Positions 9,515 to 19,594 of a DNA stretch of 64,000 nt are shown piece after piece. Where the stretch lies: the NCBI GenBank assembly GCA_041946735.1, contig JBHGAY010000004.1:64001-128000 (forward strand), given 5' to 3'. The position numbers and the translations under genes are program-made. The DNA comes from Candidatus Eiseniibacteriota bacterium (GTDB lineage Bacteria; Eisenbacteria; RBG-16-71-46; CAIMUX01; VGJL01). The notes beneath the pieces were generated by a model, which worked only from the letters and a program-made list of their open reading frames with translations, was not told the DNA's origin and did not search any database. Each line of letters begins with the position of its first letter. Within the stretch, counting starts at the first letter, position 1.

Positions 9515-10699
9515 TCAGCGGATGGGCATCGCCCCCGCGATCGACGCGAGCCGGTGCAGGAGCGCTTCGCGATCGGCGGCGTAGAGGACGAGGAGCAGCT
9601 CGGCGCCCGATCGCGATCCTCCGCTCCATCGTCCCGCCTCGTCATGGCCGATCACGAAGACGTCGATCCCTTCGACCGCCTCCGGCTCCAGGGGAAAGAG
9701 AGCGAGCCGGACCTTCTCCCCCGCGCGCGCCGCTTCTTCGCCGCCGCCATACTCGATCCAGAGGACCGTCTCGGCGCGATCGCTGCTCCCGCCGCAAGGA
9801 GCCAGCAGGAGCTGCGAGCTCTCCGGATCGAGCTGGAGCAGATTGTCCCCGGCCGAGGCAAAGACGGGAAGGGCGCGGAGCGCCGGCCAGGAGCGGGCGA
9901 AGACGATCGAGTCGGCCTCGCAATCGGCGGCGGAGCGCCGCAGGGCGGCGGCGAACTCGCGAACGCGTTGCGGCGGGGCCACGACGTTGCGGCGTCCCAC
10001 GATTCCCCGGGCGATCTCGAGCACGGCGGCGCGCGAGGAGCCCGTGTCGCGCCAGGCCGCGATCTTGCCGTAGAGATCGGCCGACCAGAAACGCAGGGTC
10101 GCGCGATCGAGGAGCGCGTGGGGGAAGCTCGAGGAGTCCGCCGGGTCGCCGGAGGGAGCGAGGAGCGAGATCCGTTCGCCGCGCCAGTCGAGGGAGAGCA
10201 GGCCGAAGGCGTCGTCGGAGCTTCCCATCCAGTACAGCTCGACGACGATTGGGCCTTCGCCGGCCGCCTCGCCTTCCGGAGCCGCCTGGTACTGCCGCAC
10301 GTCGAGATGATCGAAGCGATAGCCGGTGTAGATCTCGCCCGCGCCGTCCATGTAGTCGTAGATCGTCCGCGCGTCGTAGGTCGCCGATGCCGAGTCGTCG
10401 AGCATCCACGCGCCGTCCGCCGCAACCGGCGGGACGACGACGGCGGGACGGCGAGGCGCGAAAGCCCGGCTCCCCGGCGCGGAGGGAGATGGCATCTCCT
10501 CGGGCGGGGCGGCTCGCGAGGGGAGAGGGAGCAACGCGGCGGCCGCGATGACTGCCACGATAGCCACCATGATGGCCGCCATGATGGCCGCCATGATGGC
10601 CTTCATGCCGGCGGCCACGTGGGCGGCCGCGGCGAGCCTCCGAAGCAGGCCGCCCCGCCACGGGCCGGCCTGCCGGCCGAGCCGGCGTGTCTTACGCAT
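9515..10699 (-). CDS. Hypothetical exported protein (DUF6599-like), DUF362-cluster associated
   Basis: 'TIYDYMDGAGEIYTGYRF' and 'ELYWMGSSDDAFGL' motifs plus a hydrophobic leader. Overlaps the stop of the upstream DUF362 gene. Start uncertain. Confidence 0.65.
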   Translation of the reverse strand: MRKTRRLGRQAGPWRGGLLRRLAAAAHVAAGMKAIMAAIMAAIMVAIVAVIAAAALLPLPSRAAPPEEMPSPSAPGSRAFAPRRPAVVVPPVAADGAWMLDDSASATYDARTIYDYMDGAGEIYTGYRFDHLDVRQYQAAPEGEAAGEGPIVVELYWMGSSDDAFGLLSLDWRGERISLLAPSGDPADSSSFPHALLDRATLRFWSADLYGKIAAWRDTGSSRAAVLEIARGIVGRRNVVAPPQRVREFAAALRRSAADCEADSIVFARSWPALRALPVFASAGDNLLQLDPESSQLLLAPCGGSSDRAETVLWIEYGGGEEAARAGEKVRLALFPLEPEAVEGIDVFVIGHDEAGRWSGGSRSGAELLLVLYAADREALLHRLASIAGAMPIR

Positions 10700-11654
10700 C
10701 GATCTCCCTTATCCGAAGCTTTCCGATGTCGATCTCCCCGACGCCGATCTCGTAGGCCGCGCCGATGTGAGCGACCGAACGAGGCTCGAGGTCGAAGAAG
10801 CGCGTCGCGAACGAATCGACGGCGACCGGATCGATCCCGGCGATCACCTGCTGCGGGGCGATGACCTTCCCTGGTCCGACCGGCCCGTTCGTCAGGAGGA
10901 CATGGTTCGCGTCCATCAGAACCAGGTCGTGGCGCACGGCGGAACTCGTCTCCGCGATGCAGCGATCGAGGTCGACGGCGTGGAAGTGCAGCCTGTCCCA
11001 GACGATCCCCATCAGATTCTTCATCGCTCCCGTGTAGCGCGTCGCCGCGTGATGCTTCGCGATCGGCATGTTGATGAAGACGTCCGACTCCAGGACTTCC
11101 TTCGCCAGGCCGACCTCCGGAAGCACGCGCCCGCGAGGGACGAGAATCCGCTCGAAGTGCTCCGCGAGGCCGAGCGGGCGCAGGATGCCTCCTTCTCGCG
11201 TGACCTCGGCCGCGGTGCCGTTCGCCTGCATCGCGCGGGGCTCGTCGTGACTCGCCACGACGACCCGTTGCGCGCCGACACGCAGGCACTCGCGCACGAC
11301 CGCGCCCACCATCTCCGGATGCGTGCAGACCGCCTGCTCGGGCGGCGCATTCCCCACGGGGTTTGCCTTGATCGTCACTCGATCCCCCGGCCGGACGAAC
11401 TTCGCCATCCCGCCGAGCGCGTCGATGGCGGCGAGGACGTTCCGTGCGGGAGAAGCGCCGCGCGCAATGACGAGGTCGATCTCCGGCAGGAAGCGTTCCC
11501 GGACCGAGCCAAGACCGAGGCCAAGGCCGAGACCGGAGCCGAGGCCGGAGCGGAAGCCGGAGGCGAAGGCGGGACGGAAGGGGAGCTGCGACGCGAAGAG
11601 TCCCGCGCCCACCGTCGCCGTCCGCTTCAGGAACGACCGCCTGTCGAGGAGCAT
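10692..11654 (-). CDS. DUF362 family protein with Tat signal (second copy)
   Basis: MLLDRRSFLK leader after SD GAAGGAGGGAGG, TIKANP...CTHPE, INMPIAKHH...TGAMKNLMG, DPVAVD. Confidence 0.85.
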   Translation of the reverse strand: MLLDRRSFLKRTATVGAGLFASQLPFRPAFASGFRSGLGSGLGLGLGLGSVRERFLPEIDLVIARGASPARNVLAAIDALGGMAKFVRPGDRVTIKANPVGNAPPEQAVCTHPEMVGAVVRECLRVGAQRVVVASHDEPRAMQANGTAAEVTREGGILRPLGLAEHFERILVPRGRVLPEVGLAKEVLESDVFINMPIAKHHAATRYTGAMKNLMGIVWDRLHFHAVDLDRCIAETSSAVRHDLVLMDANHVLLTNGPVGPGKVIAPQQVIAGIDPVAVDSFATRFFDLEPRSVAHIGAAYEIGVGEIDIGKLRIREIDA

Positions 11655-11752
11655 CCTCCCTCCTTCGATGGTCCCCGGCGTCTCGATTCCTGGCCTCCCG
11701 ATGGCACCTGGCCGCCCGGTGGCACCTGGCCTCCCGATCGTTCCTCGCCTCC

Positions 11753-13342
11753 TCATCGCTGCCCCGATCCCGCGGCGCGGAGCCGCTCCAGTCCCGCCTG
11801 CGCTTCGGCCGCCTGCGGCCCGGAGGGCACCAACTCCAGGAAACGCTCGAACGAGGCGATGGCCTGCTCCGTCCTTCCGAGCCTCTCGTAGATCGTGCCG
11901 AGCATGAAGTGGGAATTCGAGAAGTCGGCGTTCAGACGGACGGCGGTTTCGTACTCGCGCGCGGCCTCCTCGATCCTGCCCGCGCTGAGATATCCCTCGC
12001 CCAGGCTGTCATGCGAATTCGGATCCTCGGGAGCCAGCTGGGCGTAGCGCTGGAAGTAGGGAAGGGACGCGGTGGCGTCTCCCGCGGCGAGGCAGTTGTA
12101 GCCGATCAGATTGAGGACGAGCGTGTCGTCCGGGTGACGGTCGAGGTAGAAGCGGTACTCCCGCACCGCCTCCTCGCTGCGTCCCGCCTGCCCGTACGCG
12201 TAGCCGAGGTTGAGATGGGCCGCCTCGTCGCCGGGCCGTAGGGCGACCGCCTTCTCCAGCGCCTCCGCGGCGCGCGGCGAGCGCATCTGGAGCAGACTCG
12301 CGCCGAGGATCCCCCAGGTCTCGCCGTCCGCCGGATCGCTTCGCGTCTGCTGCTGGAGCTCGGCGATCGGGCGCCAGCTCTCCTCGACCGTCGTGCGGGC
12401 CAGGTCGCGGCGCGGGCTGTCCGGGTGCTCCTGGAGGAACAGGTCCAGCCGGCGGCACCCTTCGACGTAGTCGCCATCCCGGAGAGTCTCGAGCGTGATC
12501 TTCCGGTACTCGGCGCACTGCGCGAGCACCGCACCGGGACGGCCGGACAGAACGCTGTCCGCATTGGCGAGCGCTTCCTCGTAGCGCCGTGCGGCGATGA
12601 GATCGGATCCGCGCGCGTAGGCAAGGTAGGGAGCCCAATCGAGCGATTCGTGCTTGGAGATCCAAACGCGGCGGGCCAGCGAGGCGGCGAGGAGCGGCGA
12701 GGTGGGGTACGACTCGATCAGCCGGCGGAGGTGGGCGGCCGCCCGAGCGGAGTCGCCCTGGGCCGCGTACGCGGTTCCGAGCCGGAACTCCGCCACGGCC
12801 GCCGTCTCCGCGGACGGAGCGATCGAGAGCAGACGCTCGGCCGCCGCCACGCCGCGCGACGGGTCGCCAGTGCGGTCGTAGCAGCTTCCCGCGCGCTCCG
12901 TAACCTCGCGGAACCACGAGTCCGGCATGGCCGAAGCTCCGCCCGCCGGGGCACGCGACAGCGCCTCCATGTACAGGTCGCCCGCGGCGCCCCACTGCTT
13001 GCGCGCCTCGGCACAAGCGGCTTGCGCTCGCAGCGCCCCGGGGGCCCAGCCTCCGTCGCGGTCGATCGCCGCCACCCGACGGTAAGCATCAAGGGCCGCC
13101 TGCGTGTCGCGCTCGGCCGAGAGAAAGAGGTTCGCGATCGCCATCGCGGCGACCGGCGCGAGACGGTCATCGGGATTGCGGGTGAGAAAGTCCTCGTACT
13201 GACGGCGAGCTCCGGCCGCGTCGCCGGCCAACGCGAGGCGGGTCGCCCGGTCGAACTGCGCGGGCGCTCCGCTCTCCGCGAAGACCGAGCCGCACACGAC
13301 GACCGCGAGGACGGCGGCGCAAGCGAGCGGCCTTCCCTTCAT
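11753..13342 (-). CDS. Exported tetratricopeptide-repeat protein
   Basis: Signal peptide MKGRPLACAAVLAVVVCGSVFA and multiple TPRs (AHLNLGYAY, SHDSLGEGY, SHFMLGTIY). Confidence 0.8.
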   Translation of the reverse strand: MKGRPLACAAVLAVVVCGSVFAESGAPAQFDRATRLALAGDAAGARRQYEDFLTRNPDDRLAPVAAMAIANLFLSAERDTQAALDAYRRVAAIDRDGGWAPGALRAQAACAEARKQWGAAGDLYMEALSRAPAGGASAMPDSWFREVTERAGSCYDRTGDPSRGVAAAERLLSIAPSAETAAVAEFRLGTAYAAQGDSARAAAHLRRLIESYPTSPLLAASLARRVWISKHESLDWAPYLAYARGSDLIAARRYEEALANADSVLSGRPGAVLAQCAEYRKITLETLRDGDYVEGCRRLDLFLQEHPDSPRRDLARTTVEESWRPIAELQQQTRSDPADGETWGILGASLLQMRSPRAAEALEKAVALRPGDEAAHLNLGYAYGQAGRSEEAVREYRFYLDRHPDDTLVLNLIGYNCLAAGDATASLPYFQRYAQLAPEDPNSHDSLGEGYLSAGRIEEAAREYETAVRLNADFSNSHFMLGTIYERLGRTEQAIASFERFLELVPSGPQAAEAQAGLERLRAAGSGQR

Positions 13343-13751
13343 TCCTCGACCCCCATCGACCCTCGAGCACGTCCGGCCCTCCGCCGGCAGGAACGGAGCG
13401 AAACCGGCTTCTCCAACCCGAGCCGGCAGTGTACGCCTTCCGTTCGTCTCACGGAACGAGCGATCGAGACCGTCCGCCGGTTCGCGCTCCCGCACCCGTT
13501 CGGGATTCGGCAGTTCAGGTCGCCGCATCCCGGCTCGGGCACCGGCAAGCGTTCTGCACAAAACCGGGCGATTTCTTCGTCATTCCTTCGTGGAAGGAAT
13601 GTCATTCAATGCTCCACGACTAGAAGGTTCGCGCCGGTTAGGATCTTCTGGAGTGGTCGCTTTGCGAGGCGACGGAAGACAGTGGAACCACGCGGGGATC
13701 TCTCCGGTCCCCATCGATGAATACGAATGCACAGCAGGACAGGAGGAAAGC

Positions 13752-14441
13752 ATGAAGCTCATTGCGATCGCCAGCCTCGTTGGGTTGACGTTCGTCGCGG
13801 GCTCCGCATCGGCTACTTCCTATGAAATGGTGATCGAAAATCTCGTGCCAGGGGGACCGGCGACGGGGCAGCCGCTCTCGCCGCCGGTGGTCGCGATCCA
13901 CTCCAACGGTTACAGATTGTTCGAAGTCGGCCACGCGGGGACTCCCGGATTGGACCTTCTCGCCCGAGAGGGCATTCCGGACGATCTTGCTCTCGAAGCG
14001 GAGCAGCCCACATCGGTGTTCCAAGTGCTCGTGGGCAGCGGTCCATTCTACGATCCACAGACGATCCGCTTCGACGCGGATCCCGGCGACCTGCTCTCCG
14101 TCGCGATGATGCTCGGTAGGACCAACGACCTGTTCACGGGAATTTCCGCCGAGGAGCTTCCCTCGAGCGGTGAGCGCGTGTTCTATACCGACGCCTATGA
14201 TGCAGGAGCGGAGGTCAACTCCGGGCTCGTCCAGGACATTCCGTTCTACGGAAATCACAACGCGGGAGCCGACGAGCGCGGCACCGTGGCGGTCGTCAAC
14301 TCCTACTCTGTCTACGACGACCCGCTGTACGGGCAGCTCGACTGGACCTTCCCCCCCGCGGCTCGCATCACGGTCCGGGTCCTCGGTCCGACCGCCGCCC
14401 AGGAGACCACCTGGGGCGAGGTGCGCGCGCTGTACCGCTGA
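13752..14441 (+). CDS. Secreted spondin-domain protein with C-terminal TWG motif
   Basis: SD AGGAGG and a signal peptide. QPLSPPVVAIH, LAREG, SVAMMLGRTNDLFTG and AYDAGAEVN are spondin_N-like. Ends TTWGEVRALYR. Confidence 0.8.
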   Translation: MKLIAIASLVGLTFVAGSASATSYEMVIENLVPGGPATGQPLSPPVVAIHSNGYRLFEVGHAGTPGLDLLAREGIPDDLALEAEQPTSVFQVLVGSGPFYDPQTIRFDADPGDLLSVAMMLGRTNDLFTGISAEELPSSGERVFYTDAYDAGAEVNSGLVQDIPFYGNHNAGADERGTVAVVNSYSVYDDPLYGQLDWTFPPAARITVRVLGPTAAQETTWGEVRALYR

Positions 14442-14548
14442 TCGTCTTTCGAGAATGCGCATCGTCTATCGATGACGACGGGCCCCGGACGGGAGCGATC
14501 CGGCTGGAGCCTGAGGACGAGGAGGCGGGACCACCCGCCTCCTCGTTT

Positions 14549-14627
14549 TTCGTCTCCCGCTCCTTCGTCTCCCGCTCCTTCGTCTCCGGCTTCTTCGTCT
14601 CCGGCTTCTTCGTCTCCTGCTTCTTCG
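14549..14627. repeat. Intergenic tandem repeat, 15-bp unit TTCGTCTCC(C/G/T)GCT(C/T)C x5
   Basis: Five adjacent near-identical 15-mers read directly, with no spacers. Confidence 0.95.
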
Positions 14628-14634
14628 CCGCCCG

Positions 14635-15309
14635 TCAAGGCTGGACGATCGGCCGTCCCTCCTGCATCCTCACCCGCGCCGCGGCGATCCATCCGATCAC
14701 CTCGGGATACAGTTCCCGCTCGGCCGCCTGCACACGGGCGGCAAGCGTATCCGGCGTATCGTCCGGAAGGACCGGGACGATCCGGCGCGCGAGGACCGGG
14801 CCGTGGTCGTAGTCCGGGTCGACGAAATGAACCGAGCAGCCGGTCTCCGTCTCGCGCGCCGCGAGGACCGCCTCGTGCACGTGGTGCCCGTACATTCCGT
14901 GGCCGCCGAAGCGCGGGAGCAGCGCGGGGTGCACGTTGACGACCGGATATCGCTCGAACACTTCCGGTGAGAGCCGGCTCATGAATCCAGCCAGGACGAT
15001 CAGGTCGATCGGTCCGTGGCGGTCGAGCGCCTCGAGCAACGCTCTCGAGTATCCCTTCTCGTCGAAGACCTCGCCGGCGACGAAAGCCTTGCGCGGCAGG
15101 ACCGCGACGGGCAGCCCACGCTCGCAAGCCCGTTCGATCCCCGCTGCCTTCTCCCGACTGCTCACGACGACCCGGATCGTCGCGTCGAGCCGCCCTTCGG
15201 CGATGCGATCGGCCAGGTTCGCCATCGTCGTCCCGCCGCCGGAGAGCAGGACGGCAAGGCCCAACCTCTTGGGGCGGGTCGGAAGCTGATCGGGTCGCGG
15301 AATCTGCAT
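14635..15309 (-). CDS. purN: Phosphoribosylglycinamide formyltransferase
   Basis: AVLLSGGGTT, LIVLAGFM, NVHPALLPRFGGHGMYGHHVHEAVL, TGCSVHFVD..YDHGP. Confidence 0.95.
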   Translation of the reverse strand: MQIPRPDQLPTRPKRLGLAVLLSGGGTTMANLADRIAEGRLDATIRVVVSSREKAAGIERACERGLPVAVLPRKAFVAGEVFDEKGYSRALLEALDRHGPIDLIVLAGFMSRLSPEVFERYPVVNVHPALLPRFGGHGMYGHHVHEAVLAARETETGCSVHFVDPDYDHGPVLARRIVPVLPDDTPDTLAARVQAAERELYPEVIGWIAAARVRMQEGRPIVQP

Positions 15310-15388
15310 CACGACGCTCTCGGTCCTCTTCGCTCCGACGGACTCACCGCCCGCAGATCGGTCGCCTTCACTCGAACGTCGCTCGCCT

Positions 15389-16996
15389 TCACTCGAACAT
15401 CTCCTCGGCCGGCACGATCTCGCTGCGCACGATGCCGAAGGGCATCGCACGAATCTGCGCATCCTCCGCGCGAATCTCCTCGGAAGCGCTTCCGCCCGAG
15501 TAGACGATCGGAGTGTCTTCGTCGGAAGTCATGATGGCGCGGATCGAGTCGGCATGCGCGCATACCATGACGATCCCGATCTCGTGCCCGCTCAGGCGGC
15601 GGCGCAACGCTTCGTTCACCTGCTCCCGAGTCACGGTCTCCAGCGCGCGCTGCATCGACTCGACGACGTCCCCCTCGATGCCTTCGTGCCTCGCGTCGAT
15701 GGCGAATCCGAGCCGGCGTTGCAGCGTCTGCCTCCACAGCTGACTGACGTTGCGCAGGTGATCGCGGGAAGTTTCGAACTCTTCCGGCGTCAGACCCTGC
15801 TCGATCCATCGCCGCATTTCCCATAGCGCCTGGCGGACCGCGAACGGACCGTTCGCAGGCTGCACCGGCCGGATCCAGATCGAGAAGTGCGGGATCTCGC
15901 GCCACAGGTTCGGCCGGTTGAACCGCGACCAGCTGTCTTGATCGAACGCGTCGAGGTACGCGTAGTCGCCGTAGTTCAGCCCGCGAGCCGACCGCATTCG
16001 ATTCTGCAGCCGGCCGTGGAACGTCCGGTGCTCACCAAGCGCGGTCGTCGCAAGAAGGAGCAGGACGTAGTCGGGATCGGAGCGATGCACGTCGTGCAGG
16101 AAGCCGATCGAGACGGCGGTCGCCCGAGCCTCGGGCTTCTCTATCAGCAGAAGCTCGGCCGAGCCGGGAGGGTCAGCCGGGACATCGGCGGTCAAACGCG
16201 GCCGCGCAAGCGTCTCGCCGGCCGAGTCTCCATCCTGACCCGGCGCGATCCGGGAGAGGAGTGAGCGCAGCTCCCCGACAGCGGCCGGCTCGAAGCCCCC
16301 CGCGATCCCGACCACGACACCCTCGCGGTCGACCGCTGCATCGTGGAAGGCGCGCAAGTCGTCATCCTCGATCCCCTGGATCCCCGACTCGGTCCCGGCA
16401 GCCGGGTGAGCCCATCGTGTGTTCCGGAACAGGCGCGCCTCGAGACCCGCCTTGCCGAGCTGCTCGTCGTTGCCGCCGCGCAGCTCGTTGCGCAACCATC
16501 CCAGCGTGTTCTCGCGCACGCGCGCGATGTCTTCCGCCGCGTACCGGGGCCGGAAGATGAGATCGAAGAAGACCGGGATCATCGTGTCGAGATCGGCGCG
16601 CCGCACCGTCGTCTCGAAGACGACCGCCTCCTTGTCGACCTCCAGCCGAACCGAGGCCGCCATCGGATAGAGAAGGTCGGCCACCTCCTTTTGTGTGAGG
16701 CTCGGCGTCCCCCCCTCGGCTGCGGCGCGCATCGCGAGGTTGCATAGCCCTTCCTTCCCGGAGGGATCGTCCGCGGAGCCGACCGGGATCAGCACGCGCA
16801 AGGCGACGACCGGGGAGTCCTTCACCGGCATCTCGAGAATCTGGGGAGCGAGGGGCGCCGACGCGGAAGCGGCCGGCGACGAGCCGGGAGCCGCCGAGCC
16901 CGCCGCGTGCGAGCCGGGAGCCACGTAGGCACCGGACAGGAGACCAAGAACCAGCCCGAAGGCGATTCCTCGCCGGCGATGCGCCGCCGCCCTCAC
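15389..16996 (-). CDS. M16 family peptidase, non-catalytic subunit
   Basis: GSADDPSGKEGL, MRSARGLNYGDYAY, no HxxEH. GTG start overlaps the TGA of the upstream M16 gene (GTGA). Confidence 0.85.
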   Translation of the reverse strand: MRAAAHRRRGIAFGLVLGLLSGAYVAPGSHAAGSAAPGSSPAASASAPLAPQILEMPVKDSPVVALRVLIPVGSADDPSGKEGLCNLAMRAAAEGGTPSLTQKEVADLLYPMAASVRLEVDKEAVVFETTVRRADLDTMIPVFFDLIFRPRYAAEDIARVRENTLGWLRNELRGGNDEQLGKAGLEARLFRNTRWAHPAAGTESGIQGIEDDDLRAFHDAAVDREGVVVGIAGGFEPAAVGELRSLLSRIAPGQDGDSAGETLARPRLTADVPADPPGSAELLLIEKPEARATAVSIGFLHDVHRSDPDYVLLLLATTALGEHRTFHGRLQNRMRSARGLNYGDYAYLDAFDQDSWSRFNRPNLWREIPHFSIWIRPVQPANGPFAVRQALWEMRRWIEQGLTPEEFETSRDHLRNVSQLWRQTLQRRLGFAIDARHEGIEGDVVESMQRALETVTREQVNEALRRRLSGHEIGIVMVCAHADSIRAIMTSDEDTPIVYSGGSASEEIRAEDAQIRAMPFGIVRSEIVPAEEMFE

Positions 16997-18489
16997 GACC
17001 TCACCTCCTTCCCGGTGACCGTGATGGTGATCGAGTTCTTCTCGAGGAGGAACTGGCTCGCTGCGCGCCGGAGCTGCGATGGATCGGACGCCCGCAACGC
17101 GTCCACGAAGCGTTCGATTTCCTGCGGATCCCCTGTCAGCCCGATCCAATCCGAGAGGCGCCACGCGACGCCCGCCGGGGTTTCGAGCGACAGGGCGAGC
17201 TGCGCGAGATACCGCCGCTTGGCCGCTTCCAGCACCGCGCCATCGATCCCGGCGGGAGCGCTCGCTTCCTGCAAGGCAGCGAGGATCCGCGCGCGGACCG
17301 GCTCGAGCTGCCCGTCGTCGTACAGGCGCACCGAAACCGTGAAGAGGTACGGGTCGCGGTTCCGGCCGGCCGAGGCGGAGAGCGATTCGGCGAGCCTCCG
17401 GTCGAGGACCAGCTCGCGGTACAGCTTCGACGTGGGGCCGAAGACGGCTTCACGCAAAAGCTCCAGCGCAGCCGCGGTCGGCACCGATGTCGCGTAGGCG
17501 GGCGTGCGGAAGGAGATCTGGAGGATCGGCCGCGTCGGACCGTTCCACCGGATCGAATCCCTGATCGCCGAAGCGAGCGGCCGCTCCACGGGGATCTCCG
17601 TGCCGTATCCGCCGCGCTCCCAGCCGCCGTACGCCGCCCGCACCGCGTCGGCGGCCCGGGTAGGATCGAAATCACCACAGATCAGGATCGCGCAGTTCTC
17701 GGGGCGGTAGTAGCGGTCGTAGAACTGACGGCTGTACTGGTACCCGTCGGGCATCGCCCGGACGTCCGCTTCGGTTCCGAGGACGGTGTGCCCGTACGGA
17801 TGGCGGGGGAAGGCGTGCGCCAGAAGCCTCTCCTCGAGCAGCGTCTCGACATTGGCGTGACCGATCGCGAACTCGCCGAGCACGGCGCCGGCCTCCTTTC
17901 GGAACTGCTCCTCCGTGTACGAGAGATTCCGGAACCGGTCCGCTTCGATCTCGATGACCTGGTCGAGGCCGCTCGCCGGCAGGGTGTTGAAGTAGTTCGT
18001 CTCGTCCATTCCTGTCGACGCGTTGCCATCCGCCCCCAGCACGTCGAGGAGCCGCTGGTACTCGGCCTGCGGGAACCGCTTGGTTCCCCGAAACATCACG
18101 TGCTCGAAGAAATGGGCGTATCCCGTGCGCCCCGGCTCGATCTCGTTCCTCGATCCCGCGCGCACCACCGTCTGGTAGTGCACGACGCCGGGCGACGCCA
18201 TCGGAACCATCACGAGCAGCAGTCCGTTGTCGAGCTTCACCGTCTGGATGGTGTAGGGGAATCGATCTCCGGCCGCCACACTGCCCGCGGCCGCGAAACC
18301 GGCGGGGACGAGGGCGCCGAGCAGGCAGGCGAGCAGCACGGCAAGGGGCGCGGCGAGTGGCCGCAGGCGGCAGGCGAAGAGGGAGATGAGGGAGATGAGG
18401 GAAGGCGGCGAGATGCGCAGCGAGACGGGCGGCGAGATGCGCAGCGAGACGGGCGGCGAGACGGGCGGCGAGATGCGTCGATCCAACAT
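16993..18489 (-). CDS. M16 family zinc peptidase (pitrilysin-like), catalytic subunit
   Basis: GSRNE..GRTGYAHFFEHVMFRGT, NAST..DETNY, HPYGH, YYRPEN. SD GGAGG. Confidence 0.92.
   Translation of the reverse strand: MLDRRISPPVSPPVSLRISPPVSLRISPPSLISLISLFACRLRPLAAPLAVLLACLLGALVPAGFAAAGSVAAGDRFPYTIQTVKLDNGLLLVMVPMASPGVVHYQTVVRAGSRNEIEPGRTGYAHFFEHVMFRGTKRFPQAEYQRLLDVLGADGNASTGMDETNYFNTLPASGLDQVIEIEADRFRNLSYTEEQFRKEAGAVLGEFAIGHANVETLLEERLLAHAFPRHPYGHTVLGTEADVRAMPDGYQYSRQFYDRYYRPENCAILICGDFDPTRAADAVRAAYGGWERGGYGTEIPVERPLASAIRDSIRWNGPTRPILQISFRTPAYATSVPTAAALELLREAVFGPTSKLYRELVLDRRLAESLSASAGRNRDPYLFTVSVRLYDDGQLEPVRARILAALQEASAPAGIDGAVLEAAKRRYLAQLALSLETPAGVAWRLSDWIGLTGDPQEIERFVDALRASDPSQLRRAASQFLLEKNSITITVTGKEVRS
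18404..18477. repeat. 24/12-bp tandem repeat encoding ISPPVSLR repeats in the M16 leader
   Basis: GGCGGCGAGATGCGCAGCGAGACG x2 followed by two shorter copies. Confidence 0.9.
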
Positions 18490-18536
18490 CGGACCTCCAT
18501 GGAAGCGGGTCGCGGGCGTTTCGATCCTCTCGCGCG

Positions 18537-19436
18537 TCACTCTCCGGCGTCCCAGACGGCCGCCCCGGCGACCTGATCGAGACGGACCTTGCCCGGCTGG
18601 ATCCGCTCGAGGCTGCGCCGCAGCTTCTCGAGCGCCTCCTCGAAATCCGGCATTCCCTTGCGTGCCCGCGTGAGGGGATTCGCGCGCGCGACGAGATAGC
18701 TCTTCAGGTACGGATGCTTGACCCCGCGCGATTGGATCTCTTTCACCTTCTCGCTCAGGATCTCCTCGGCCTGCAGCACCATCGCCGCCCGTTCGAGACG
18801 CTGCGGGTAGGCGTTGCGCAGGGAGGACCGGAGGAACCGGTCGACCCTCCGCAGGATCGGCGTGAAGGCCGACCCGGGGAAGCGGGCCCGCTCTTCGTAT
18901 ACGAAGCCGAGCGTGATGAAGTGGGCCTGCTCCAGCTCGAACGCGAACTCGTTCTCGCGGCGCGAACCGTCCTGTTCGAGAAGCGCTTTGTACATTCGAG
19001 CGACTTCGAGCGCCTTCTCCTTGAGGTTGTGCGCCTTCTCCGTGTTCAGGGCGAGGATCTGGAACGCGACCTGGACCTCGGGGATCAGGATCGCCGGAAT
19101 GTATTTGCCGCCGCGAGACTCGAGGGCCGAACGCCGGTGATTGCCGTTGGGAGTCCAGTAGACGCCTGGTTCGGGAGAGACGACGACGATCGGATCGACG
19201 AAGCGTTGCAGCCGCTCCAATACATCGGCGAGCCGCTTCTGGTGGGCGGGGGAGAGATCGCGCTGGAACGGAGTCGGGGAGACCTTCTCCATCGGTAGCA
19301 GGACGAAGAGATGCCACTTGCCGGCGACCGGCTCGCGGTAGCCGGCGAGGAACCTGCCTCCGTCCTTCTCGACCTGGTCTGCGAGCGGCTGCAGCGCGCG
19401 CGGCAGTTCGCGTTCGGGCGTTGGAGAGGGGGCCAT
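18537..19436 (-). CDS. ParB/Srx N-terminal domain protein (orphan)
   Basis: PTPFQRDLS, FVDPIVVV, TPNGNHRR, ALNTEKAHNLKEKALE. SD AGGAGG. Confidence 0.75.
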   Translation of the reverse strand: MAPSPTPERELPRALQPLADQVEKDGGRFLAGYREPVAGKWHLFVLLPMEKVSPTPFQRDLSPAHQKRLADVLERLQRFVDPIVVVSPEPGVYWTPNGNHRRSALESRGGKYIPAILIPEVQVAFQILALNTEKAHNLKEKALEVARMYKALLEQDGSRRENEFAFELEQAHFITLGFVYEERARFPGSAFTPILRRVDRFLRSSLRNAYPQRLERAAMVLQAEEILSEKVKEIQSRGVKHPYLKSYLVARANPLTRARKGMPDFEEALEKLRRSLERIQPGKVRLDQVAGAAVWDAGE

Positions 19437-19594
19437 GCTTCCTCCTAGCCGCCCCATGATACCCGCTCCGCCGCGCAAGCGGGGCTCGAACGAGTCCCGG
19501 GAACGCGGAACGCGGGACGCGGGAGCGGGGATGCGCGGGCGACCTGCCCCGGCCGGCCGCCCGCCCGCCCACCTCGGCCGAGAAGCAGGGCTGG

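Noticed and set aside
14549..14627. Possible CRISPR array
   Set aside because: The 15-bp units are directly adjacent with no unique spacers, and there are no cas genes in the window.
18537..19436. Chromosome partition (parABS) locus
   Set aside because: No parA or origin-region genes are adjacent, and I noticed no parS palindrome.
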